This document shows positions 43,813 through 58,168 of a DNA stretch of 64,000 bases, piece by piece. The DNA is from the human T2T-CHM13v2.0 reference genome, Homo sapiens: NCBI RefSeq assembly GCF_009914755.1, contig NC_060927.1. One strand, given 5' to 3'. The position numbers and the translations under genes are program-made. Positions within the stretch are counted from its first letter, which is position 1, and each line of letters starts with the position of its first letter. The notes beneath the pieces are model-generated. The model was not told the origin of the DNA, searched no databases, and saw only the letters and a program-made list of their open reading frames with translations.

Positions 43813-44558
43813 CAAGGAGGAACTTTCTAACAGACAGACCACCTAAGACTGGGTGGGCTTCTCGGAAGATGGCAGTCACTTACAGGAGATACTGAAGAGG
43901 GGAAGGCAGGGTTTGGAAACAGACTGCCTCAAAGCCTCACAGATTGTGTGACTGCGCACAGGTAACTCTCTGAATCTCAGTTCCCTCATCTGTAAGATGG
44001 GCCTAAGAGTAACACTGCCCTGCGTAACACTGTTATGAGGATTCAGTATTGTGAAGTTGTCTGAGCCTGGGAATCCTCTGAGGTTCTTCTTGGACTGAAA
44101 TCTTGGTGCTTACTCCAGATCAACAAACTACAGTTCTAGCGGAAGGGACATGGAATCTGCATTTTAAATGCTACAGGTTATTTTTAGGATTAGGTAACTT
44201 TGCAAAATCCCAAGATGGTCTAGGTGAAGCTGTCAACACAGCCTGGCACATGTGGGCCTTCAGCAAGTGGCAGGTAGATGTCATCCCACAGAACAATGCC
44301 CTTATCACCCTTATAACGCTAGGGTAGAAGCAGACAACTCCTAGGGTCCTTCTGACCCTGGTTTCCCTATCAACACAACCAAATGACAAAACAATGTTGG
44401 TAAACTTGAGCCAGGAAAGGAAGCACAATTCGCTAGGCTCCCTGGCAAAGGGCAGGAGCACAGCTTTGAAGGCACCCACCAGTGCCCTCGTGTGGCGCTG
44501 TGAGGCAATTCCATTTAATCATTAAAGAATACTGTTACCTTTAAGAATTTGACATACA

Positions 44559-44864
44559 GGGCCAGGCGTGGTGGCTCATGCCTGTAATCCCAGCACTTTG
44601 GCAAGCCGAGGTGGGCGGATCACGAGGTCAGGAGATCGAGACCATCCTGGCTAACACAGTGAAACCTCGTCTCTACTAAAAATACAAAAAATTAGCCGGG
44701 CGTGGTGGCGGGCAAATGTAGTCTCAGCTACTCAGGAGGCTGAGGCAGGAGAATGGCGTGAACCCGGGAGGCGGAGCTTGCAGTGAGCCAAGATCGCACC
44801 ACTGCACTCCAGCCTGGGTGATAGAGCGAGACTCCGTCTCAAAAAAAAAAAAAAAAAAAAAAAA
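44559..44864 (+). mobile_element. AluY
   Basis: Diagnostic gagatcgagaccatcctggctaacac, gaatggcgtgaacc, ggagcttgcag; TSD aagaatttgacat. Confidence 0.93.
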
Positions 44865-45279
44865 GAATTTGACATGTAACTTAATGACAATAAGAAGTAA
44901 GTTGTTTTGTGCTTATTATGGTCAGGCACTGTCCTAGGTGCTTTACAAATGTTATTTTATGTTACCCCATTTCACAGGTGTGAAGATGAAGACATAGGAA
45001 GATGAAGGGGTTTGCCCAAGGTCAGAGTTGGCAGACCGGTGGCCAAACGTAAACTCAGGTCTCTTGAACCCCAAGGCCATGCACTATCATCTATTAGCTT
45101 CTTGGAGTTTTTCCCCCTTTATATTGGCTTCAAGGATCCCATGGGAGACACTGAAGATAAAAGCCACTGTGACCCTCGAAGTCCCTGGGAACAAGGGTGA
45201 TATGCTTGGCAAATGGTGGAAGTCATACACCTTCTCACATGTTTCTCAGTTTGAAGGGACAAAGGGAAAAGAACCACAC

Positions 45280-45500
45280 CTAACTTTTATACAGTGCTTC
45301 CTCCATGCCAGGCCCTGTGCTGAGCATTTTACAAGTATTGACTCAATTCTCCCAACAATCCTGTGGGGTAGGCATCGTTATTATCCCCATTATACAGATG
45401 AGGAAACTGAGGCACAGAGCTAAAGGAACTTGCTTAAGGTCACACAGCTGGTGAGTGGAGAGCTGGGATTTGAATCTGAGCAGTGTGGCTCCAGAGCCCC
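45280..45500 (+). mobile_element. MIR SINE
   Basis: ccccattatacagatgaggaaactgaggcacagag..cttgcttaaggtcacacagct. Confidence 0.8.
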
Positions 45501-45957
45501 TGCTGTTAGCTGCTTTTGGTATGCTCCAAAATATTCAGACAATAAAGAGGGAGACAAGGCTAAATTTTTATTGGGTAATTAAACTTTCAAAAGACTACAA
45601 GCATCTGGACAAAACTGGAAAAAGCTTACAATTACAACAGTCACGCAAATCTACATAAACTAAGAAAAAAAAAAGATGCCTGGAGTAAAATAAATCAAAC
45701 CAAAGGCGTTGGCATTTGTTAAGCTCCAGTGCCTGGCATGTGCTAAGTGTTATATAAGAGCTTGTTCATTAAATAACAAATTAAAATCAGGCTGGTTGGC
45801 GAGAAGGTAAAACAACAACCCCGCACGAGTGCACTGTGAGACCTAAAGGCCTTTTTTGGGTACTGTGTGCTTAGGTCTCTAAGGGGGTCAGGGCAGCTCT
45901 TTCTGGGGTGTTTTAAATCCTTTGTTCAGGCCAGGAGAAGTCTGATGACTCACTCAC

Positions 45958-46062
45958 CTTGCTCTGCAAAACAAGAATTTGTTGAGCCCGACCCCTCCAG
46001 GTCCCTGGCGAGGATAGGAGCTGCTGAACGTTGATGTCTTCCCCAACCTCTCTGGCCAAAAC
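45958..46062 (-). CDS. CCDC13: CCDC13 exon 7
   Basis: ttatttcag|GTT..AAG|gtgagt; [35 protein letters not shown]; 105 nt. Confidence 0.96.
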
Positions 46063-47291
46063 CTGAAATAAGGCAGGGCCTTCAATGTGGCCAAAAGAGA
46101 GGGCTCCACCAGACCCTGATGCTGCTACGTATTTAGAAGCATATTCAGAAGCAGTCTTCACCTACACGATCTTCTTCCCATCTCAGAGCATAGCCCTCAA
46201 AGGTCAGTTTTCCATGTCCCAAGGGCAGCTCTCCCTGGGAAAGTAGTAAACCCATCATCCCTGGCATTTCTTGGCAATGCTTAGAGCAGCCAAGAAACTG
46301 CCAGCAATGCCCAGATAGGGCCCCTTGCTCTTGACATATTCTGGGATGACTGAACCACAAAGCTGACCAACTCCTGCTTCCTTAACCCACTCACCTGTCA
46401 CCTAGTGCTGAGCTAATTCTGGCTATAGGAAGTACATCACCACAGGACCCTAGCCTTTGTGAAAACCCACGGACAAGTGGACCTCTGAGTGCAGCAAAAG
46501 GTGGGCTACTGAATGTCAGTTGGGGTGCTGTGGTCCAAGAAGGACCCAGCTTTGCGGTTGTTGAAGTGCAGCACTCAGGCCCAACCTCAAGGCTTTGAGG
46601 CAGAAACAATACGCTCCAGCTTGTGACCTGGGCCCCTCTGAAGCCTGTCACAGAAACCCGATCCAGCGTACCAAGTCTCTGGCACTTGTTTCCACAATAG
46701 AACACTGTTTTGGAAATCTTGGCCAGTCTGAGTGGTTCCAGCAGGGAAGACAAATGCCAGAGAATTCGCTATGTAAATAAAAATAAATAACGAACCAGCT
46801 GGGCCTGTGTCCCAAGTCTGAGCATTTTCCTTTGAAAGGGTCCTTTAATACACAAGTAACCTATTCATTTTCTGTTACAGATAGCAGAGAAGAAGGCAGG
46901 TGTTGGCAGGCTTTCAAGTTAAGTAAGGGTGACATTAAGGGGAGACCCAGGATCTACTGGGGCACAAGTAGTGCAGGGAAGGCTTAATGGACTCTCCCTG
47001 GGTGGACAGTGCTGTCCTCCTCAGTCTAGAGCTGGGCAGGCACCACAAGGGCATGTATGCTGCGGGGGTGGGGGTGGCAGGCTCAGGTAGCCAGCGACTC
47101 TGCCCACCAAATGGTTATGGACCAAGGGCTGGTGGGAGGAAGGACTGGAACTGGAGCCTGACCCAGAGCAAGCAGTGTGCTCAAGGGACTGAGCACTCAT
47201 GGCTCCAGAAAGGAATCCACTGTGCCAGCCGTGCTCTTCCCAAGTCCAGCCCCAGCCACACAAGAAGCCCCAAGCCCTGGCTCTGAAAGAC

Positions 47292-47408
47292 CTTCTGTGC
47301 CATCCGCAGCTCCTGCTTCACAGACTGGATCTGGTTTCGGAGGTCACTCATCTTCAAGTTGGTGGCCACCAGCCTGTCCTGCAGGGCCTTCACCTCTGGG
47401 GTCTCCAG
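47292..47408 (-). CDS. CCDC13: CCDC13 exon 6
   Basis: cccaaccag|CTG..AAG|gtcttt; LETPEVKALQDRLVATNLKMSDLRNQIQSVKQELRMAQK; 117 nt. Confidence 0.93.
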
Positions 47409-48852
47409 CTGGTTGGGAAGGACAGGAGAGAAAGTAGTCATTTATTGCCTACATGGGAATAGTAATCATAGCCCCCATTTATCCAAGTCTGTGCCAGGCA
47501 CTGTGCTAAGTGTTTGACATGGAAGAACTCATTTAATCCTCATAAACCCCTGTGAGGTAGGTTCTCTTGTAAGCCCCTTATAGATGCAAAATGGAGGGTG
47601 GTGGAAGGTAAGTCCTCTACTTGAGCTACCTGGTTAATAAAGGTGGAACCTGGATTTGAATCCTGGCAGCTTAACTTTGGGACTGAGCTTTTTGCAGAGT
47701 GTTGCACACACACATGTGGGTGTATGCCTTACCCTAGAGGTGAAGCATCTGGAGGAAGCGGCAGGCTCCACGCCTCCCAGACACTTCCTGGGTGTGGACC
47801 CACTGCTGTGCTCAGAGACTGGCATCACAGCTAATCCATCTTCACTCAGAATAAAGAGGAAACCACGTTATTCCCCGAAGGCAAGCCCAGCGTGGCAGGA
47901 GAGCCATGGCATCCTAATTCAGGATCTGCCTCTCCCAGAATCGTCAGCTTGGGCCTTGGTCTTTTGACAGCTGAGGGGCCTTGGGCTCTCTTTCCTAGCA
48001 GTGACCACTGAATAGAAATAAGGACCCATTTTAATTTCCAAATGCTCATCTCTGTGGCTTGAAGAACTACAGCAACCATGAAAACTGCCTGCTGAAACTC
48101 TTAGCAATGTCTTTTTTTTTTTTAACCCAATGTTTTATTTAAACTATCTGGATGGAAATTTTTCTTAAATGGGCTGACTACTTCTCTGTCTTCAATAGAC
48201 ACTCCTGTGACTCATAGATATTTGACAAAGGGACCTTCAAGGTCAGCCCATTTAAACCCCTTCCATAATGATGAAAATAAGGCCCAGAGAGGGGAGGTAA
48301 TTTGCCTTCAGGCATACAGCTGGTTGGGGTGACACAGGTGGGATGAGAAAGAATACTTGTCCTTCCCCTGCCCTGGCTGACTCTTCCAATTTAAGCTGCT
48401 GTTAATGCTGGGCATTGTGGCCACAGGAACGTTGGTTGTCAGGCTGAGCATCCCATCAGGCAATGACGCTGAGGCCCTCTGCTGCTGCCCCAACAGGGCA
48501 AAGCAGCTGAACTTCAGGAAGCAGGGCTGGTACTACAGTGGCTTTCTGACCTTTCTCTAGCAGGCACAAACAAAATCTCCTCTGAATGCTAGTGTGAAAG
48601 ACAGATCCAAGTATACTGGGTCCGGGAAGTTCCATGGACCCCAGAGGCTCTGGGCAGCCCAGCTGAAAACCACTGGCCAAAGAAACTAGACATGAACACC
48701 TGGTCCAGAAACTCTGGCCTCATCCAGTGTCCTCATCTATGGAATGAGTATACAAATACTTTCCTGCTCCGCTTCCTCAGAGCACCACCATCAGGCTAAA
48801 GAGAACAGCCAACGTGAACAGAATGTGCCAACTCGGAACTTATATGAAACAT

Positions 48853-49205
<353 letters not shown>

Positions 49206-50271
49206 TGAATCTGCCCTGGGTTGGGAAGCAACACCCCTCCACCCCCTGCCACGCCCCGCCCTGCCTGTCAGATCTCTAGCGCCATGAGCCCCAGTGGCCC
49301 TGACAGTGGGGGTGCTGAGAGCTGTGGGAGTACATGTGCTTCCATATGGCTGCAGTGACCCTGCAGCATCTCTTTGATCTGCTCAGAGCATGGAAAAAGC
49401 ATACAGATTGGATCTGGCTCTAGAACCTGGGCAGTGATGCCCTGTCCAAGCCTCATTTTCTCATCTGTAAAATGGGGATATGTAATGCCAATCTCCAGGG
49501 AACCTGAGAGGGTTGCTAGGACAACGCATGTCAAGGGTGCTGTCTGGGGCAGGTCCTGATGGAGGGCAATGCTGGCAGGCCTAGCCTGGCTTGAGTGGGC
49601 AGCTGACAAGTGGGCTGAGGGCTAGATGGTGTTCTGGAGAGGGCTGGATCAGGCCCCGTCCTCCTGGCTTAGGCAGTTGAGCTAATCCTACCTCTAAGCC
49701 ATTTCAGAGTTCTTTCTTCCCAGAGTGAAATTCCACAGGCTTTGTGGGGGACCTGGGTATGGGTACGCTCCCTCCCCTACCCGAGGCTGTTTTCTTTGAG
49801 AAAATAACTAAAGCGCAGTACATGGGGAGCAGATGATGCCAACGCTACTCACATCACGGCCTCCTGAAGCCCCAAGCAGAGGGAAGGGTGTTCAGCTCCA
49901 CTCTGGAATGTGCTTTGGAGGCCTAGGGTTGGAATGTGGATTGAGCCTGCAGGCCTCTGGAGTGTGGCTCGGGCTTGGGCCGCCCTGAGCAGCCTATGAG
50001 GGGAAACATTGCTTTTGCTCTCGCTCTGATCAGGAGATGCCAGGGAGAACACGTGGTGCTGATGAATTGAGACCTGCGGCCCATCACACACTCTTCTCTC
50101 AGAACCTGGAACCTCCCAGGCTCCCTGTGGCCACAGAATAAAGTCAAAACTCCTGCTCCAGCTGCCATTCAAGGGCTCCCTCTATGGGTGACTTCACCCC
50201 AGCTTTTTTGGCTTTCGTTCCCCTTTTCTCCCGTGTGAGCTCTGGGCTGCAGTCAAATGTTATCCAGCTGA

Positions 50272-50802
<531 letters not shown>

Positions 50803-51054
50803 GAGGCTCTATTTTTGATTCTCTGTGCCACAGGGCTTAGAAAATCCCATCAGGCTGAACAAGCAGTTTCCTATCCAGGGCAGCCCTAGTTCGGAATGTG
50901 GAGGTGCTCAATGCGTGGAATAAACCAGGGGCAGCTTAGCAGTGTCCCCTGAAGCCAGGAAAGGCCCTGAAGAATACTCAGCCCCTGTAGAGGGCAGAGC
51001 CCCTCTTCTACTTCCCCAGCAATGAGACAGGTTTACACAAGACTACTCTTGAGG
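50803..51054 (-). repeat. Copy B of the ~255-bp inverted duplication (partner at 10723-10978)
   Basis: Reverse complement aligns end to end with 10723-10978, including the same Alu junction. Confidence 0.95.
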
Positions 51055-51970
51055 AGGCACATTCACCTCGGAACCTGAGGGCCCATCCCCGCCGGAACCT
51101 GAGGGGCCCATCACTGCACAGCGAGGACTGAATTATCCTCAAGGAAGGCACAGGGCAGTCTGATCCTGAGGTGCAGGCAGCAGGGAAGATGGGGCTAGAA
51201 AACAAGCACCAAATTGGGAGTCCCGGGGCTTGGCTGCCTCTCTCACCAACTGGCCTGGCTTCCCAAGAAAACCCTTGGTGAAGCCTCCTGGAATGTTAGA
51301 CTCTGATGATATTTACTATCTGATTTGGGGATAAACCAACCCACTAGGTCAGACTGACTTCCTTTCATGGAGCTGCAATTCCCACCTCTTGAGTTTCATG
51401 AACTGTCACTGGTTTAGTAAAATGGGCTCTGGGGAATAAGTCCCCATTTCCAATAGCCACTTTTACTCTGTAGATTTGGAGCCCCACGAAAGGGAAAGTG
51501 TTCATAATATGAACTGCCCCATAAAGAACAGGATTCCACTGGGCAGTAGTGAGCTCCCTGTCCCTGGAGTAAGGTGGAGTCTGGATGTGTCCCCAGTGAG
51601 GATGCTGTACAGGAGATGGCTGGGCTGACAGTGGGAGGTCAGTTGGACCAGGCCTTCCCTCTTGATCCTCAGGCTCTAGTGTTCCAGGGTTCTCAGGCTC
51701 CTCCCAGCCTTCCTTTCTGGAGACAGAGTTGGAGCTACACCCTCCATAGCTTCCGACACGACATTCTTGGCCTCAGGCCATACACTCGGTACTGTTCTCT
51801 GATGTCTGCTCTGAGGATGCAGCAATGGTAGACAATGGGCACCTGGCTCGGCAGCGGGGTTGGGGGTTGGGGGTGGACCCCGGGTAGAGGTACCTACACA
51901 CCTGTGGAGGAGGGGAGGCCCAGGCCCATGGCTGCCTCACAGACTTCCCAGCACAGAAGAGAATTCATAC

Positions 51971-52060
51971 CAATGCTCTGTCTCCCATCTGGGCCCTCGG
52001 TGGCTTGGCTCCTGCGTCGGTGGCCCCCTTGGCTGACAGCCTGGTCAGGGCTGTCTGCAG
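51971..52060 (-). CDS. CCDC13: CCDC13 exon 5
   Basis: gctttttcag|CTG..TTG|gtatga; LQTALTRLSAKGATDAGAKPPRAQMGDRAL; 90 nt. Confidence 0.92.
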
Positions 52061-52609
52061 CTGAAAAAGCAAACCTCGTGCTTAATACTCTGCTCAGCGA
52101 TTGTGCAGCCCAAGGAAAGCACTCTGGTGCCATTGTGTGTGTGGTTACCTATCTTGGTGGTGTGTCCTTTTAGCTCACTTTAGGATCATTAATGGCAGCA
52201 TTCTCCTTTAGAAACCGCTCTGGAATGGAGAGGGTTTAATTGATTGTCTGACCCATTCCCTAATCGTACTATAAAAGTAGCCCAAGGGTTTACTAACAGC
52301 TTAATAAATAATAATGGTACACTTATAATCTGTCTCCTGAAGTTCCAACAATAGTCTAGGAGGCGGGGCAAAAAAGAATGATGGATTTCAGGTTACAGAT
52401 GAACAGATGAGGCCAGAGACACCAAGAAGCCTGTTGGAGGGCAACAGAATTGGATTTAAAATGCAGCACCACCATATACTGCGTGACTTGAGAAAGCCTC
52501 TTAACCTTCCAACTTCAGCTCTCCCGGCTACATATGGAGAAGCTAGGGAGGTTCCCTCTTGCCCATGCTAGGAGTCCCCTCCAGAGGGAGAATGACCAAG
52601 GCCCCTCAC

Positions 52610-52752
52610 TTCCCGCTCCAGCTCCTGGATGCGATTGGTCAGCTGCTTCACCCTGGTTTTTGCACCCTCTGATTCTGCCATCAACAGCCGGTTCTTTTTT
52701 GATAGCTCCACAATTTTGGTGGCGACCACGTCTCCGGCTACACCGGCTGTCC
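52610..52752 (-). CDS. CCDC13: CCDC13 exon 4
   Basis: ttcattttag|GG..GAA|gtgagg; [47 protein letters not shown]; 143 nt. Confidence 0.96.
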
Positions 52753-53459
52753 CTAAAATGAAAGGAATGGTGAGGTCAATTAAAAACACAGGCATACACA
52801 TCAAACTCATGCTCCACCACTAACAGCACCAGGGTCTTAAAAGCTAAAGCTGCTTGGCATGAATGCTCATAAAGGCGCACTAACTTAGGAGGGTCACCAT
52901 ATACCTAGCAGCCCTGGGACCCAACTCCAATGAGTGGAAATGCAGCCACTCAGAGGTTCAGTATGTTCTAGGAAAATGATAAAAACAGAAAGCAGAGTTT
53001 TAATTCTGTGAGACTCAGGTTTATCACTCCGATGCTTCATGTAATCCTCAGTGATAGGATTACATCCATATCCCAGTAATTTTGCTGTGCCCTCTAATGA
53101 GCAGGATGTAGTCCCCTTGGGCCTTCTATGACTCTGGGCTCAACCATTTGGCTTGCTTTGGCCAATAGCATGTTAACAGATAAGGTGCAGATAAGGTAGA
53201 GGCTTGAAAAGCACTCGTGCAGTTAAATTCGCTGTGTTTGCTTATGCCCTCTCCACAGGAAGAACATACCTGGCTGGCTGGTCTCAAGAATAGAAGAGAG
53301 ACATGTTGAACAAAGTGGAACCAATCTAGCCAAGCCTGGCCTAGATCGGCCAATCCCCAACCAACCCCCAGATGTTTAAGCTAAATAAATGCTTACTGCT
53401 GCTGAGATTATGTGGTTGTTTCTTAGAATTTGGTGGTAACGCCTACCCAATAGAAAGGC

Positions 53460-53900
53460 ATACATTCATTTAGCAAATATTTATTTTCTACCAAGTGCTG
53501 GGTCCTCTTGGTGTTAGGGATTCAGTGGTGGTGGATAAAAAAGACTTATGGGGTTTACATTCAAGTAGGGAAGACAGATAATTTAAAACATCAAAAAAAT
53601 AAATATGTATTCTAATATGTAGCAGGAATAAGTGCTAGGAAATACACTGGAGCTGGGCAAGGGGGTAAGAACGAGGGAGATGATGCTATTTTAGATGGAG
53701 TGGCCAGGAAAGGCTCTCTGAGGAGGTGATGTGTGAAGAGAGACCTGAGTGAATGAACTGAGGGCTCAAACCATGAAGAGTGCTCTCACCTAGGAAGAAC
53801 ATTCTAAGCAGAGGAAATGGCAAGTACAGAGGTCTGGAGGTGGAATGTGCTTAGAGTATCTGAGGACCATCAAGGACTCCAGAGTAGCTGGAAGGCTACT
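53460..53900. mobile_element. L2 LINE fragment
   Basis: cattcatttagcaaatatttatt..aggaaaggctctctgaggaggtgatgtgtgaagagagacctga motifs. Confidence 0.7.
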
Positions 53901-55364
53901 TGCAGTGGGCAAAGGAAGGAGGCTGTGGAAGGTGGCTGGAGGATGTGAATGGGGAAGTTGTATGGTATGGGAGCTGTGTGGAAGGCAGGCACCGGGAGCT
54001 AGTCCAGCATCGTCATCGACTAGGTGGGTAGCCCTGACAGTCCCTTGCCCTCTCTGGAGTGCAGCTCCCCTATCTGTGCAATGGCAGAGGTGGTCAGATG
54101 GTCTGCAAGTTTCCTGAACACTTCTGACACCATAGCAGGGAGTAACTGGCAGTCCTATTTTTTAGTCCTGCTTTTTAACATGACCATCATATGCCTCAGA
54201 ACAAGAAGAAGGGTGACAACTGGTGGAAAGCAAACAGGCACTTTATGGCTTTCAAATCACCTCAGCCCAGGCTTGCTCCTGCCAGCCTGGGCGAGGCAGT
54301 GAGTGGGGCAACTAGGAGTAGCTGCCCTTGGAATCTCATGTCTGCTGAAGAAGACAAGGACACACCAAGAGAAAAGGCTCAGAGCAGACCTGGAGCCCTG
54401 GAGTATCTAGAGGGAGACAGGCCCCATTCAGCACCAAGATGGCACACTTTGCTCCCTGGCTCCTTTAATAGGTTGTGTGTCAGGAGGGTAACGGGGGTGG
54501 TGATAATAAAGGATCACTGTGAAAATCATGAACTCTAGCAGTTAAAGAAATGCAGTTTCAGCAGAGGTCTGGTTCTGGTTAAGATGGAGTAAGCGCACTC
54601 TACCCTGTCTCTTTTGCTGAATACAACCAAAAGCCCTGGATAGGATGTGTGAAGCAGCTACCTGAGGGTTCCGGACATAAATGGTAGCAAGCATATTGGG
54701 GAAGGAAACCGGACCTAGAATTACAAATGGTCCAGTGGTACGTTTCCTCCCAGGACTCAAATCAGCACAAATTCTGGAACTGGCTATCAGAAAGAGGTTC
54801 AAGAGAAGGTCTTTCTAGTCCAAAGAGCAGGAAGTGGGGCTCAGACAGAATGGAAAAAATCCTCTGGGTATTTTTTTTTCCTATTCTTTCCCAACCCTGT
54901 CTCCAGGCAAGCTCTACTGTTGAAGCTGCAACCCCTTGATAAATGGGGGCGGCAGTGGATGGGCAAACACAGAAATGCTAACTATCTGGCTAAATAGAAT
55001 AGTTTTCCCTTTGGGTTCTTTAAAATACATATAATAGTTGAGCAAAAAGTATAACATTGACTGATGGGATTTTCAATATATATAGATATAATACATATAA
55101 AAACTGCAATAGAAAGGGAGAGGTAAAGGGACCTGAATGGTGGTAAAGTTTCTACATTCCATTTGAAGTGGTAAAATATTAGTTCTACGTAGACTATGAA
55201 AAGGTAATAAATATTTTGTAATCACTAGATCACTAAAAAACTGTACGAAAAATATAGTAAGCAAACAAAACCCAAAGGAATCACTAAAAATCCAGCCAAA
55301 AGAAACCGATCTATCAACTCTCAGTAGCCTGTCACTTGCAGCTCAGTTTAAAAACATAAATGGA

Positions 55365-55657
55365 GGCCAGTCGCGGTGGCTCACACCTGTAATCCCAGGA
55401 CTTTGGGAGTCCGAGGCGGGCAGATCACAAGGTCAGCAGTTCGAGACCAGACTAGCCAACATGGTGAAACCCTGTCTCTACTAAAAATACAAAAATTAGC
55501 TGGGTGTGGTGGCACACACCTGTAATCCCAGCTACTCAGGAGGCTGAGGCAGGAGAATCACTTGAACCCAGGAAGTGGAGGTTGTGGTGAGCCAAGATCG
55601 TGCCACTGCACTCTAATCTGGGCAACAGAGCAAGACTCTGTCTCAAAAAGAAAAAAA
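55365..55657 (+). mobile_element. Alu (S-type)
   Basis: TSD ttaaaaacataaatgg at 55348-55363 and 55658-55673. Confidence 0.93.
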
Positions 55658-57103
55658 TTAAAAACATAAATGGGCTTGTCAGATTTTCTCTCCAAAACGT
55701 GAGAATGAAAATCAGAAATGGTGACTTCAGAGTGAAGACTGGATTTAAGTGGTTTTCAGGGACGCTTAGGGCTGGCAGTCAGATGAGGCCACAACCAAGT
55801 CTGGGCTTTGGCAAAGCTTGCAAGAGACAGTTAACAATGAGAGGGGCTGGGGAAGAGGGAGTAACCCCAGATCTGCTTCCCAGGTCTGCTGGGTGGAGAT
55901 GTATCTCCTGCTCCCCCTGGAGCCCATCAGCTTCTCTACAGCCTTGCAAAAGTGCAAGTGGCCCCTTCCACAGCTGAATCTGTAACCAGGCTGAGTGTAG
56001 GCTTCCTTAGCCAGGCTTTGTGTTTTTTGTTTCAGACAGAAAAGGCCAAAGAATGGAGGGAGGTGCATTAGGCTACCATGAGTCTTTAGGATACCAAATT
56101 CCCCTTGCTTTGTAATTCAGCATTGACTGACCAGAGCTTTGGTCCTATGAACGTACCTATCCTCAAACGCATTTACTCTCAAAGGCAAGGACAATAGTCT
56201 GGTAGATGCTGAGTCAGCCCTGTTGCTCTCCGTGATTGGTGACATCTATAATACTTTCTTATTTATTAGCCATCTGCGAATTGCTCAATGGGTATATACA
56301 TAACAGAGGACAATCAAGTCCAAAGTCCTCACTACATCAGCAGGGCAAAAGTCAAACTCATAACCACAGAGCCAATGTCCAGCTCACAACCATGATCAAA
56401 GGTCATTCCCAGACCTGCAAAGCCAAGGTCCTCACCAGACTCATGGGGCCACCATGAGGTCTCCACCAACACAGCCAAGGTCTAGCCCAGACTTACAGGG
56501 CCAAGACCCAGCCCACACCTTGTTGGTGGTTGGGTCCCATGATATCCTCCTAGAACAGGTGACTCATCTACCTTTCTGGAGCAGCAACAGCAGGTGCTGT
56601 AGAGTTCATACCTGGCTCTACTGGGGCTTTTTTTTTTTTCAAGACAGGATCTCTGTTGCCCAGGGTTCAGTGCAGTGGGGGTGATCATAGCTCACTGCAG
56701 GCTGCTGGGCCTTTTTTATGTTCACAACATAACATGTGAGCCAGTGCACCAAGGAGAAATGGATCCTGCCAGCCCCTTTACATGCTGCGAGCATGATGGC
56801 AAACCCTTGTCATGAGTCCCAGCTGGATCACCAACATTGCCTATGATGCTTGCCTGCTGGCCCTTCTGGCCCATTTTTAAATCCCTCATTGCTCCCTGTG
56901 CTCCCATTTTCTGGTGGGCTGGCCTCCCTGGGGCTGCTCTTTTCCTCTACCCTCTCCCTCACTTCCAGGACTCCTCTGGACAAGCTTGATCACAACTGAC
57001 CCTTGGCACTCTCTTGGGAATCTGCTCTCTGGAACCTGCTGTCTGCCCTATCTGAAGTCCCTGGACTGCAGGGCAAGGACTATCACAACAATGGTGGAGC
57101 TAC

Positions 57104-57252
57104 CTGTGAAGGCAAATCTGTCCTCTTCTATTTTCTTTTTGAGGTGTTTGATTTCAAAGTCCCTTTCCTTCAGCAGCTTATACAATCGCCCGTTCTCGTC
57201 CACCGTTTCCCTGAGCTCATTTCGAAGGTGTTCAATCTCATCTTCAAGCACC
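57104..57252 (-). CDS. CCDC13: CCDC13 exon 3
   Basis: gccttgtag|G..ACAG|gtagct; VLEDEIEHLRNELRETVDENGRLYKLLKERDFEIKHLKKKIEEDRFAFT; 149 nt. Confidence 0.96.
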
Positions 57253-57488
57253 CTACAAGGCAAAGGCAGAATTAATGCTCCTCCAAGGCAAAGGCCCTGG
57301 TGGGCAGGGGTCAGGCCTCCACTGCCTAGGTGGACAGATGGACACGCAGATGCAGACACACTGACGTGAAAGAAGAAAGATTTCAATGTCGTTCATTAGC
57401 TGGCTTAAATAGGGAGTTATAAAAAAACCCACTCATAATTCATATTTCTTTTAAGCATCCATGGAACATGCATAAAAATATATTACAG

Positions 57489-57760
57489 GGCTGGGTGTGG
57501 TGGCTCATGCCTCTAATCCCAGCACTTTGGGAAGCCAAGGCAGGAGTTTGTGACTAGCCTAGGCAACAAAGAAAGACCCTGTCTCTAAAAATAAAAGAAA
57601 ACAAAATTAGCCAGGCATGGTGGTGTACACGTGTAATCCCAGTGACTCTAGAAGCTGAGGTGGAAGGATTGCTTGAACCCAGGAGCTTGAGGCTGCAGTG
57701 AGCTATCATCCTGCATTCCAGCCCGGGTGACAGTACAAGACTCTGTCTCTTAAAAAAAAG
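57489..57760 (+). mobile_element. AluJ-like element
   Basis: Diverged dimer with deletions. Confidence 0.85.
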
Positions 57761-58098
57761 TATTATAGGTTATAAAGGGAATCTTAGCAAATTCTAAATA
57801 ATAACATTATACAGACTATTTTCTCTAATGGCAAGTGACTGTTTTAGAAATCAATAATAAAAAATAGAAATAAAACAAGAAAACCCAAAACTCATCATAT
57901 GCTTGGAACTAGAAAAACACCCTATACTCCTAAATTATTTATGGGTTAAGAAGAAATCATAATATGTATTATAAAGCATTTAGAATGGATTGACCACAGA
58001 AGCTGTATCAAAACTTGTTAAATGCAGCTATAATTAAGGCTCTAAGCTTCCTTCTATCACTTTAGCTGCATTTTACAAGTTTTGCTATAGCTCCGGTG

Positions 58099-58100
<2 letters not shown>

Positions 58101-58140
<40 letters not shown>
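58101..58140. repeat. (AC)20 microsatellite
   Basis: Perfect 40-bp AC run. Confidence 0.98.
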
Positions 58141-58142
<2 letters not shown>

Positions 58143-58168
58143 CTGAGAGATTTCAAACTTGCATTTAC

